The position numbers were made by a program, and so were the translations under genes. The notes under the pieces were generated by a model. That model was not told the origin of the DNA. It saw only the letters and a list, made by a program, of their open reading frames with translations, and made no database searches. A stretch of DNA of 64,000 nt, taken from the NCBI GenBank assembly GCA_002269645.1, contig NIVC01002018.1, positions 1 to 64,000 of the forward strand. Direction: 5' to 3'. The DNA is from Macrostomum lignano (taxonomy: Eukaryota). This document shows positions 12,301-24,282 of this stretch, piece by piece; the first letter of the stretch is position 1, and each line of letters starts with the position of its first letter.

Positions 12301-14377
12301 GCAGGCAGGCTGGGTCAGCTGACACGGGCTGCTGCGGAGGCTGCGGAGGCTGCTGCTTCTTTTTGTCTTCAACCAGCCGGCGAATGTCCTGCAGCGTGCT
12401 CTGTCGAGTTTCGTCCATGCGTTGGCTCAGCTGAGCAGCGATAAGGTTGAGCTGCTGCGGCGTCACTCCCTGCGGCGTGGCAGATTAGATTATCATAATC
12501 ATAATTATTTCCCTAAATATTACAGGGAAATACAGCTGGTATTTACACAGCTCGGAGCTCTCCTAGATGCCATTGATTTTGTCTTTTGAATTAAAAACAC
12601 CTGTGTAACAGTGCAAAGATGATTCTTACCTGATCCGGAGCAGGCAGCGCCGGCTGCGGCTGTTGCTGTTGCACCTGCGGTGCGAAGCCGCCCCTGAAGT
12701 TGACATTGTTCGGCGTGCGCACCTCCCAGCCCATCAAGCCGCCGGCTGGGCCGCCGAAGCCGCCACCGCCTGTTCCGGCGCCTGGTGGCCCGCCGCCGTA
12801 CAGATTGATCTGCGTGCCGGAGTGATTGACCGCGGCGAAGCCCTGATCTGGCGGGATGCCCAGCTCGTCCAGCGGCGACGGCTCGGCAGGCTTAGGAGGA
12901 GCGGCTTTGTCCCAGGCTCGGCGTCTGGAGCCGCCACCAGAGGCGCCTTTGCGGGTGCGCAGGCCGTCCTCAAGGTCGCTGTCCCAGCTGCGGGGTAGGG
13001 AAGTTCGAATGCTGGTGAGGAATCAGATAGCGCTTGTTGAAGTCTGTCTGGAGGTGACACTCCTGTCTAACAGGTGACACTCCTGTCTAACAAGTGACAC
13101 TCCTGTCTAACAGGTGACACTCCTGTCTAACAGGTGACACTCCTGTCTAACAAGTGACACTCCTGTCTAACAAGTGACACTCCTGTCTAACAGGTGACAC
13201 TCCTGTCTAACAGGTGACACTCCTGTCTAACAGGTGACACTCCTGTCTAACAGGTGACACTCCTGTCTAACAAGTGACACTCCTGTCTAACAGGTGACAC
13301 TCCTGTCTAACAAGTGACACTCCTGTCTAACAGGTGACACCCTGTCTAACAGGTGACACTCCTGTCTAACAAGTGACACTCCTGTCTAACAGGTGACACT
13401 CCTGTCTAACAAGTGACACTCCTGTCTAACAGGTGACACTCCTGTCTAACATGTGACACTCCTGTCTAACAGGTGACACTCCTGTCTAACAAGTGACACT
13501 CCTGTCTAACAGGTGACACTCCTGTCTAACAAGTGACACTCCTGTCTAACAGGTGACACTTCTGTCTAACAGGTGACACTCCTGTCTAACAAGTGACACT
13601 CCTGTCTAACAGGTGACACCCTGTCTAACAGGTGACACTCCTGTCTAACAAGTGACACTCCTGTCTAACAGGTGACACTCCTGTCTAACAAGTGACACTC
13701 CTGTCTAACAGGTGACACTCCTGTCTAACAAGTGACACTCCTGTCTAACAGGTGACACTCCTGTCTAACAGGTGACACTCCTGTCTAACAGGTGACACTC
13801 TTATCCAATACAGACACTCCGATCAGGATGGCACTAATATCTAACAGGTTCCACCTTTGTCCATTAGGTGACAACAACTCTTACAGTCGCTCTCACTTAC
13901 GCAGTAGAATCCGTGGTGACGCTGCAGTCGTCATAGCAGTCGTCGGTCTCATTCCAACCGTGTATATCCTCACAGTGGTAGGTTCTCGTCGTCACTGCGC
14001 TTAATTGCCGGGTAACCCGGTGCATAGCAACCGCCTTGACAACCCGCTTGCCAGGCTTCAAACAGAATGGGGCCCGATATTTAAACGTGACCTCGCGTCC
14101 ATTGACTTTTCGCTGTTCCGGATTGGGTCGAGTTCCGTCCGTATTAAAGAAGATGTGGCAGTTTGAGGAGTCTGCGCGAAAGGCAATATTGCTGAGTATT
14201 TAATGTTATTTTTTAACGCAAGTTTCTAAATAAGCCGTTCAATTTCAAAATCAAATGAGACCCACCGCACGCCATCTCAATATACGTAGCTGAATCAATG
14301 CAGTGAGCTGGTTTTCCAGACACTGGGCCTTTCAGTGCAGTTAGCACTGGTGCAGCAATACCACCTGCAGGCGGCAT
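9378..14377 (-). CDS. Annexin with long N-terminal extension containing a DZANK1-N-terminus-like (Fn3-associated/CHB_HEX_C-type) domain; 764 aa, 7 exons
   Basis: Exons 14377-14266, 14171-13901, 12987-12630, 12469-12179, 11912-11216, 11104-10712, 9550-9378. All junctions GT-AG and in phase; total 2295 nt = 765 codons. Four annexin repeats with MKGLGT/KWGTDE loops and acidic caps (SELSG, SETSG, SEMSG, DDTSG). The annexin core is certain; the N-terminal domain call is from motif memory. Confidence 0.88.
9580..10650. repeat. 19-bp minisatellite (CATCAATCCAGGCACCCT[A/G])n in last annexin intron
   Basis: Direct reading; a 19-aa periodicity in the spurious ORFs equals 3 x 19 nt. Confidence 0.95.
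13064..13800. repeat. 20-bp minisatellite (CTCCTGTCTAACA[G/A]GTGACA)n in annexin intron 2
   Basis: Direct reading; near-perfect units with G/A alternation. Confidence 0.95.
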
Positions 14378-17300
14378 CTGAAAATTATGAAATGATTCAT
14401 ACTAGTTTTAAAGTAATTTCGCAAACTAGTTGAGTTTCAAAAAACTAATAAAAAATAATTTTGGATAAAGTAACACACATTTTTGTATGTCTCTCAGATC
14501 TTAGACAAAATTACTTAGACAGACGAAAAGGTTTTTAATTTTTTTATTATAAATCAATTAAATTCAGTTAACAACTTTGAATTGTAATTTTAACTTTACA
14601 GTTATAAAAGTTGATTTACAAAAGAGTCTAAACATCATTCAACATAAGATGTATATAGTATGCATATGCATCATTTTCAACAAAAAGTTTCCAAACTTTA
14701 CTAAAAAGTAGCCAATTATATTTAAAAACTATTCAAATACATGACCAGTATTCATTGTTATAGATACTTGACCATTATAATGTTAATATATATGATATGA
14801 CTTTTCATAAAGAAAACAAATAAAAATTATATTTTTCAGATGAAATCTGTAAATAACAATCCCAATGCATGTCTTATTTGTCTACTAGACCACACTATTA
14901 TTGATAAGGAACAAAATAGAATTAATTAGCTAGCTAATCGATTCTAAATACATCATTAGTAAATAAATCATTATGATATGGCATGTTGTTTGGCAGCGAT
15001 GAGCGAAGCGAGTTAGCTGGCTTAATTCTGATATTAAATCAATGCATCCATAACGCTTCCTTGTAGGTCCTACTTGTACATATTTTTCACAAAAAGCGAG
15101 CTGTTGTCGCTGGGCAAACATTTTGATATTTTTAGTTAAGTTGCCATGTTATGGAGTGTTAGTCATATAGTAACTTAAAGGGCATTTGCTTTTAAACGTG
15201 TTTATAATGCTTTGTCCAACTGTTATAGATAGGTCTCTCGTTTCTACAAAAATAATATATGTTATTAAAGCAATCTTGAACTAAGCGCTACATAAACGGT
15301 GTTGAATGTTACTATGATACAGTTAAGTAACAGTAATTTACTTTTTGTATGCTTTTAAAGAATAATACTAGTTAGAAAGAAGTACGATGCAAATATTTAA
15401 CGCTGCCTTAATCTAAAGAAATTAAGCTTATTAAACTGTTTCGTTATAGTTTTCCTACGTAATAAGCTTAAAACTGTAAAATATCGAATACAATAAGAGG
15501 AGAATATGTTTGTGTCTTTGTGTCTCTATGTTTGTATCTTATTGTGACACAAAAAGATAAAGAAGTGTACAATAAGTTACACAAGTTACAGAAGTTACAC
15601 AATAAGTGTTTCTCTATTTAAAGAAAGCACTAAAAAGCAAAACAAAGACTTCAATTTCATAATGTTTGTAATTTCACAACCACGGCCTGGCATGTTAAGA
15701 ACCGATCATCCAATTCTTAGGATGCGACGGCTCCGACTGGGTTTTGGAGCCATGGGTCGAGCGTGACTTTTCTCGCCTGTATTATTAGTCCCAGGGACTT
15801 AAGTAGTCCTAGCGTGGTACAACAGGATGTAAAACTTAATTATCGTGTATAAGGCCAATCCTGGAAAAATGCACTGCGGAAATAGAAAATATTCTTTCTT
15901 TCTTCTTATATAGAAAGGATATTATCTCTTCATCACATATTTAGTGATTACATTAAATTGCGACCCCGCCGCGCTAAGGGTCATAAAACTCGGTAACTTA
16001 ATGTGAATGAACATTCGACACTGCATGTGATGGGTTTCGACCTTCCGCCCCCCTTGTGGGGAAGCCTTCGGGCCTCAGGTCTCAGAAATAAATCAATTAG
16101 AGTCCTGCCCCCCCCCCCTCCTGTCAGATGGTCAGCCCCATGGTAGCTTGATCGTGTGGCGAGCAGTCTAGGTCCTATGGCTAAGAGAGGAACAGTGAGA
16201 GACAAGCAGGGAGAATTTTGAAGGTAGAAATTAGTTAATCCGCAGATTAGCCAACTCGCTGCCACCAGCCCGTACGTCCTGGCTCACCACACCGGGACTC
16301 TCGAAATCGGGCTTCCGACTAGAAGGGGCTTTGCCCTTACTTGCCAACTAGTGTCTTTTTGCGGTCAATCTCGAAGTCATAGCCGATGTTAAGGGACACT
16401 GCTGGGACTAGATCGCATTGGCCATGCAGGTACAGAGGGGACTTGTGCAGGGGATTCTTGCAGTGGCGAGACTATGGGGTAGCTACATGTACTATTACAT
16501 AGCTAAATACGAAGATATGTACTTTTGGCCTTCAACGCGCCAACCAGCCTCTCCTAGCGCTGATGATAGGCTAACTCGAACTTCAGAGACCGCATGATTC
16601 GATCATTACCCGAGCCGCTCGGCGAACCTAGAGTGCACAGAGTACATCTCTGGCGCCGATTCTGCACTACTGGCTGTTTTGCTCACTGATTTGATAGATT
16701 GATCGACAGTTTCTTGCCTTGCCATTGGTCCACTGTGACCGGCACCTACTAGCTTAGCTACTCATCTGAGCCATCGGCGAACAAATAAATAAAACCGATA
16801 AAAATAACTGTCAGATTTAACCTTCTCCTCAGATCACTTCACACTTCAGATTGAATTGGAGTTTTAGACTAATAGCAGTATTATTGAATGACTTCTGCCT
16901 CGATTACAGCACTACTGAACAAAATGAGCAAAAGTGTGCGCCTAATCCAGCTACTGAAACAGGGGACAGATAAGGAATCACCCAATCAAGCAAGTCTAGG
17001 TAGCCTCTCACCCAACGAATCAGAAACTCAACAGCCAGCACGCGAAGGTGTATTCAGCACACCAGTGAAGTATGAGACAGACCAGGCCTATGGGCTACGG
17101 TCTGCGATGCTTCACGCCTGCCCCTATCTTCAGCAGGTCAAGGCTGGAGAGGGAGGTCTGCACCCGCTATTTGCCGCTGGCAGCCGCAGACCCCCCCTCG
17201 CGCTGTTTCACAAGTCGACCCAGGGTACTCGTCCCCGCGTGTGTTCAAGGCAGACCTTAGGGCTGCTGGACAGACTGGGCTCCGACGCTGGCGACCCATC

Positions 17301-17507
17301 CAGTGGCTTCGGCCGAACTTGGGTATGCGGGTCTGGCTTGCCAGCCTGCAGGCCGTGGTACTGCTTAACGTACCCCCTAATGCCTAAGGTGTTTGACCGT
17401 GCCGATGGGCTGGAAGGCCGGGGGGTTGTCCGGTTGCTAGCGGTCCTTTTCTTTTTCTTCTTTCCTCTTTCTTTTGTGACTCAGCTCACTCCTTCCCGCT
17501 TTCAGCT

Positions 17508-18933
17508 ATGGCGTCATCCGCCTCTTTCAACCCCGCTGAAGCCGGGGCCCCGGCAACTCCGGCCGGTGACTCTGGCACCAGCGCCGCCCCACCGGGGGCA
17601 GATGGGCCCTCCGCTGAAGCCCGACGCACCCGCAACCAACGCCGCAACGAGCGGCGACGGCGACTACGGGGTACTGCGGGCCGGCCACCGGCGGAGGGGG
17701 AACCTAGGGAGGGCGAGGCTGCTGTTGGGCCGAAAGGAACCACAGCAACCCCTGCCCCCCCCCCAGGATAAAACCCCCGCTGGTGAGCCACCCAGTATAC
17801 CTGCTACAAGCGCGGCCGGGCCTTCGGGAACCGCCGCCACCAACTACGCCTCAAAGGTCAAGCTCCAACCGGCGGTCATCTTCTTCGGGGAAGAGCAGGA
17901 CCTCACGGCCGACGAGCTCGACAGTGCCTGGCGTACCATCGATGCTGCGCTCATCGACCAGCTCCTGGCGGGCCGCCCTGTGAGCGTGGTCAAGTCTGCC
18001 AAGACCGACGGCTGCATTTTCATCTGGTGCAGCTCGGAGGAGAGCAGCCGCAATCTACGCGAGCTTCTGCCAAAGCTGAACTGGCCCAAGAAGCTCGGCA
18101 AGCTCGTCTTCGCCAGCGAGGGCGAACGACAAAAGACCCAGCGCTTTCGCGTCTGGATCCCGGCCGGCAGTGCCATTAAGTCCGGAGATCAGCTTAGGCA
18201 AATATTGCTAAAGCTGCACCCCGACCTTGAGGTCAACGGGCTCCTACACCACGCCACTTCCCGCAAGGAGAAGGGGGCTACGGTGATCCTAGGGCTCTCT
18301 GATGACTGGGCTAAGCGCTTGCCGCCTAAGTCCACAATTCATATTGGTCTGACTCAGCTGACCATCCTCCGTTGCGAGGAGCGGAAAGCTGATGAAGCCA
18401 AGAATGCCAAGGCTTCCGAAACCGGAACTGGGGCCCAGGCTCCTCCGGCAAAGAAGCCGAGGCAAACGGCCGATCCTATGCCCGGCAAGGCAGTTCGCGC
18501 TGCTGAAACCGGAAATCGCAATCGCAGACCCGCCAGGAGCACCCGGAGGTCCGGCCTGATCTAGCGCGCGCTGGACCAGGCCAAGAGCCTTCGTGCGCAT
18601 CGTGAGCGGGCCCGCGCTTCTCGCGCTCCACCCCAACAGCCAGAAGGCCAGGCTCTAAGCGGGGAGGCTCCGGCCGACTGGTTCGAGTCTGTGACTCACC
18701 AGGAGACTGGCGCCACCCGCATCGACCTGACCGACGAGGCAGAGGGGACGGGCAGTGACAGCACCGAAGCACGCAGGGGAGGCGACGGTAACGTCCACGC
18801 TGGGCTCACGTCCGCGGAGGACTCCACAGCCACCCTAACTGCTGAGGACGCTGAAACTCCCATGGAGGTCTGCGGGTCACCCACCACTGAAAAGGAGGAG
18901 GATGACCTGCTCAACGATTCCCCAACTGCGTGA
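17508..18933 (+). pseudogene. ORF1 (gag-like) of the LOA-type element, with one frameshift and one nonsense codon
   Basis: Starts MASSASFNP. A 1-nt change in the C10 run 17755-17764 joins it to the frame with AVIFFGEE..FRVWIP..TVILGLS..IHIGLTQL (resembles DUF4780-type LOA ORF1). TAG at 18562-18564 is followed in frame by 18565-18933, ending in an acidic tail. Confidence 0.7.
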
Positions 18934-18935
18934 TA

Positions 18936-21900
18936 ATGATCAGCAACCAGGGAATCCATTGCCTGCAGATTAATCTGCAGCACTGCGTCGCAGCCTCGGT
19001 CAACCTTATGCGTTACGCCGAGCTCGACAAGCCGGGGCTCATCCTCGTCCAGGAACCCTGGACTCTCAGAGGTAAGCCTCAAAACGCCCCTGCTGGCTAC
19101 AATTGTTTTTATACTTACCCTCGCGAGGCCAACCAGCCTCCCAGAGCTTGCATCTTTGCGAGCAAAACGCTCAGTGCGTGGCTCAGATCGGACCTGTCCA
19201 ACAGGGACATCTGCGTCATCCAATCCGAGGACCTTCTTCCTGGGAAGACCACCCTCATTGCCTCGGTTTACCTACCAGGCGATGCTGCGGTCGTCCCCAG
19301 AGCCCTCGCTACGCTGGTAGAGCTCTGCTCTGCCAAAAACTACGAGCTAATGGTTGCCGGCGACATCAACGCCCACCACACTCACTGGGGCAGCACTGGC
19401 ATTAATCAGAGAGGCGAAGACCTCCTAGCCTACGTTGCCTCTACGACCCTCGAGTTCTGCAACTCTGGGTCCACCCCTACCTTTGACAACGGACGGTGGT
19501 CGGAGGTGATCGACGCCACGCTCGCAACGCCCAGACTCTACCAGAGTATTGGGGCGTGGCGGGTGCTTCCAGTGTCCTCACTCTCGGATCACAAGTTCAT
19601 CTCCTTCAACCTAATGGCCGCGCGTAGCGCAACTCGTGTTACGTGGAGACGGAACGCCAGAAATACTGATTGGGAAACCTTCGGGCTCGCCCTGAAGGAA
19701 TTCCATCGGTCTCCTGGCCAACCATCCACGATCACGTCGTGCCGAGAGGCGGATGAGTGCGCGACTGTTTTGACAGAGACGCCAACCGCCGCCTTTGAGG
19801 CGTCCTGCCCTTTGAAAGCCTATAAAGGGAAAAAATCGGCGCCGTGGTGGAATCCCGAGCTCGGCAACCTCCGTCGCAGGGCTAAGAGACTCCACCGCAG
19901 AGCAACTAAAACTAAGAGCCCTGCGGACCAAACCGCCTATCATGAAGCAATCCATGAGTTTAAAAGGCAGGTTAGGAATGCAAAGGCTCAAAAATGGCGA
20001 CAATACTGTGAGGAGCTAGAGGGCTCACGCCCCACCTCCAGAGTTGTGAAAGCGCTCACGCTGGACAAAATGTCTAAGCTCTCCTCGGTCAAACGCACCG
20101 ACGGTACGTCCACGGACAACCCAGGGGAAACGCTTGATGTAATGCTCAATGCGTTTTTCCCCAACGAGCCAGCTAACCAGACCACTCCGGATCACTCGGA
20201 GGGAGGTCACGGCTGGCTGCCTCTATCATCACGGAAGACCGCATCGTGAGAGCGGCAAATTCCTTCAAGCCTTTCAAAGCCCCAGGACCCGACGGCATTG
20301 TACCGGCCCTCCTAAGAAAGGCGGTTAAATGCCAGGCTTCCTGCGCAAACTTTGCAGCCTTCTTCGGGCATGCATCACGCTTGGTTATGTCCCACAGGCA
20401 TGGATCGAGGCAAAGGTGATCTTTATCCCTAAGCCAGGCCGCCCGGACTACCATTCTATCAAATCCTTCAGACCGATCAGCTTGACCTCCTCCCTGGTCA
20501 AGCTGATGGAGAGACTGGTGCTTTGGCGCCTTCTCTCTGTTGAGCTGAAGAACAAACCTCTCAGCGAGAACCAGCACGCTTTTCGGGCGGGTCGCTCCAC
20601 TGAAAGCGCGCTGCACGTCCTGGTCGATAAACTCGAGAAGGCCGTGCTTGGTAATGGCTTTGCTCTGGGGATCTTCCTGGACATCATTGGCGCCTTCGAT
20701 AACGTCCTCTTTGAGGCGTTCCGAAGAGCTCTTTGTGAGAGGCAAACGCACTCACATCTCACCAGATGGATCATGTACATGATCAGCCATCGCACGGCCA
20801 CCGCTAGTCTGCTGGGCTACCAGAGGACGGTCCCCGTCTGCAAAGGTAGCCCGCAAGGTGGGGTGCTGTCTCCAGTTCTCTGGAATATGGTCATCGATGA
20901 GCTCCTCCGGGATGTTCGGCCTGACCCCATTCTGAAAGTTGGATATACGAACGATGTCACCGCGGTGGCATCTGGTCCGTCCCCTGATACCCTCAGGGAC
21001 CTTCTTCAGAACTTTATCTACGCCGCTGAGCAATGGGCGGACCGCTGTGGTTTAAGGCTCTCTGAGATTAAGACCGCAGCGATCATGTTCACCAGCAGGA
21101 CCAAGTGGCAGATTCGGCCGCTCACGCTTTACGGAAGGGAAATCCCCTTCTGCAAGCAGACTAAATGTCTGGGTATTACCCTGGACCATAGGCTGAACTG
21201 GTCACCCCACGTTCAAACAAAAGCCAAAAAGGCCTTCGCAGTCCTCGCGCAATTGCGCAGGGCTGTCGGCACCACCTGGGGGCTCACCCCCAAGCGCCTC
21301 TGGTGGATCTACACTGCAATGGTTAGGCCCGCTATCTCGTATGGCGGCCTGATCTGGGCTAGCGCCCTGCAGATAAAGACCTGTCTAGAGGCTCTCAGGA
21401 GAGCGCAAGGGCGCGCATGTCGCACGATCATGAGCGCCCCTCCGTCTGCTCCTTACGATGGCCTCAACGCCTTCCTCAACATTCCTCCGCTGGACATCTT
21501 TGTCCGCAGGGAAGCGGCTAAGACTGCCCGCCGTCTAGCTGACGCTGGCATTCGAATCCAGCCCCATAGGGCCATGGCTAAGCGCAAGCTTCTGCCCCAC
21601 GCTGACCTCTGCCTCAAGGACTTGAGAGACAGCGGCGGGCTCCACGTCCTATCTGACGGCGAACCCCGCACTCTCAACCTCTTTCAGCGCTACAAGGTCA
21701 CCATCCCCTCTAGGGATGCTGCCAATGACCACTGGAATTTCCAGGAGGTCCATTGCTACACGGACGGATCCATCAAAGACGGTCGCGCCGGCTTTGGGGT
21801 CTGCATCATCATCAACGGCCGCGTAATTGCCACGCATGCCCAGCACACTGGTAGACTCTCCACAGTCTTACAGAACGAAGTCCTTGCCATCAGCTCTTGC

Positions 21901-22638
21901 GCTGCAGAGCTGAACCCCAAGGTTACGAGAGGAAAGACTATTGTCATCCACTCCGACAGCCAAGCGGCCTACCAGGCCCTTTGCCACACCACAACGAACT
22001 CCCGGACAGTCGCCGACTGCGCCCGGCAGCTCAACCTCCTGGCCAGAAGCAATACTGTCAGGCTGAAGTGGATCCCAGGGCACGCAGGGTTTCCGGGGAA
22101 CGAGCTGGCAGACACCCTCGCCAAGAGGGGCGGCTCTGGCTCTTTCTTCGGCCCTGCCCCCCTGGTCCCTATGCCCTTGACAGTCATCAATCGTCAGATC
22201 GACGACTGGGCTGACTCCCTCCACAGGGACAGATGGGCGGGCACCCAAAACTGCCGGCAATCTCGTGCCGCGGTTCCTTGCCCGTCTCGCAGGCTCAGAA
22301 ACATCCTTCTGAACCAGAATCGGAAGGATATTCGAGCCCCTGTCATGACCCTTACCGGCCATGGCTACCTCGCCAGGCACTGCTTCCTCCGAGGCGACCT
22401 CGAGAGCGAAATTTGCCCCTTTTGCGAGTGCGACAATGAAGATGCTCAGCACTTTGTCTGTCACTGCCCTTTCTTTAACAGAGACCGGCTACGCTACCTC
22501 GGGCCGAGCCCGTCCATTGACGAGGTCTGCCAGCCCGACAGCATCTCACGGCTCATCCAGTTCCTTCGGGCGACTAGACGAGCCAATTTCTTCCCAACGG
22601 AAGATCACGCTGCAGGACGGACCGGCAGACCACCCTGA
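18936..22638 (+). pseudogene. ORF2 (APE endonuclease - reverse transcriptase - RNase H - CCHC-like) with frameshifts
   Basis: APE: CLQINLQH, LVQEPW, VAGDINAHH.HWGS, IDATL, SLSDH. RT: KAPGPDG, RPISLTS, QHAFRAGRST, FLDIIGAFD, GSPQGGVLSP, GYTND, CLGITLD. RNase H: CYTDGS, QNEVLAI, HSDSQAA, WIPGHAGFPGNELAD. CPFC..EDAQHFVCHC. Frame breaks near 20215 and 20325. Confidence 0.92.
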
Positions 22639-23115
22639 CCGGCCCCACGCCTCTGCCTGTCTGCGGGCCTTCAGGGGCTAGCGGAATGGGCGACCCTCGC
22701 CTCCCCGCTGTGTCTACGGACCACCCTGCAGCCAAGTCAAGTAAGTCAAGTAAGTCAACTCAACAGCCGAAGACCAGGTAATCCACAGTGACCGAATCGG
22801 CTTAGTGCTTCGCAGCTGTAGACCCGGGATGATGCTGATGTCACAATTTTCGCAGATAGCTAGCAGGTGATGTTGTTAATCTTGATGTTTGCTGCTGACG
22901 ACCGGGGGATTCGTCCTTGATGATGATGGGGGGAGTCGTGATCCGGGGATCAAGAGACGACGGTCGAGCTCCGGGGATCAAGAGACGACGGTCGAGCTCC
23001 AGGAGGTCTAAGTTAGGCCGAGATCCCAGAAGAGATTTGGTCCAAGCGGGCCAAAAACACCGGTTCAAATAGCCGCCAACTGGACCGCAGTTTGTTATAA
23101 TATAACACGTCAATT

Positions 23116-23202
23116 CTGATTGGCTGAGCCGATTTGTTAAAATGAGCGCCGAATTTTCTGATTGGCTAAGCTTGTTGCTACCCAGAATCACGTGACCGGA
23201 AG
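23116..23202. promoter_or_regulatory. Promoter-like motif cluster: two CCAAT boxes, E-box and ETS site
   Basis: CTGATTGGCT at 23116-23125 and 23158-23167 (42 bp apart), TCACGTGAC at 23188-23196, CCGGAAG at 23196-23202. Confidence 0.45.
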
Positions 23203-23940
23203 ATCCTATCAGTTCCCACAGAGTCGTAAAAAGATGACAGGTGCGGCCATAAATCAATCAAAATCGCAACAAAATGATTTATAACTTTTCGCGTAGGATT
23301 GACAGAAATTAATGAAAAAATATACATTAGAAAGCTCTTATTAAAAAGAAAGTGAAGATAATGAAGAGAAATCACTAATCGTTAATCCCAAAGTACTTTT
23401 AGGGGTAAAACGCATAGCTGTCAAAGCTGTCACACGCTGGAGTGAACACGAACAATAGGCTCTGACTTCATAAATCTTGATGGCCTGTCAAAATGATGAC
23501 AAAAAAGCTACCGCTCGCTTCCTCTCAGACCATCTGGCGCCCGCCTCAACACTGAGTAAGACGCAGGTGGCTGTCAGACCAGCTTCGAAAGCGATTAATT
23601 ATGACCCAAAAAGCTGCGCCTATGTTATTATGACTACTAGTATGACCAAACATTATATCTAGTATAGATTCTATGACTATTCGCAGAAAAAGGATAAAAA
23701 TTAAAAATGCCCATTGCCCACTGTTAGTAGGCTAGTAAGTTTAGAGCCCATGTGCTAGCGTGGGATTTGGAAAAAAGTGAGTCCTCATCACATGTACATT
23801 GGCAAGGAGAGGCCTAAATGGTTGAACTGAACAATTAGGTAATAAAACGGAGCGCCCATTAGAAGCATTAAAAAACGTTTTCCGAATATAAGACCCACTT
23901 CCAAATCGAATTTTTCATCAAAAAAGTTATCAAAAAAACA

Positions 23941-24282
<342 letters not shown>

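Larger units (their letters stand above)
17037..22756 (+). mobile_element. Full-length non-LTR retrotransposon, LOA/Lian-like (R1 group) with RNase H; disabled
   Basis: 12-bp TSD AACTCAACAGCC at 17025-17036 and 22757-22768. 3' tail of AAGTC/AAGT repeats (22733-22756). Two-ORF organisation with APE, RT, RNase H and a C-terminal Cys/His motif. Confidence 0.9.

Noticed and set aside
12988-13050. Extension of the annexin exon (TDFNKRYLIPHQ...) requiring a frameshift
   Set aside because: A strong acceptor (ccctaccccgcag) at 12988 gives an in-phase join to the upstream exon with no frameshift.
16888-18564. 558-aa ORF as the true ORF1
   Set aside because: It starts outside the TSD-defined element and runs through the 5' UTR by chance; the real ORF1 starts at 17508 and joins this frame after the C-run.
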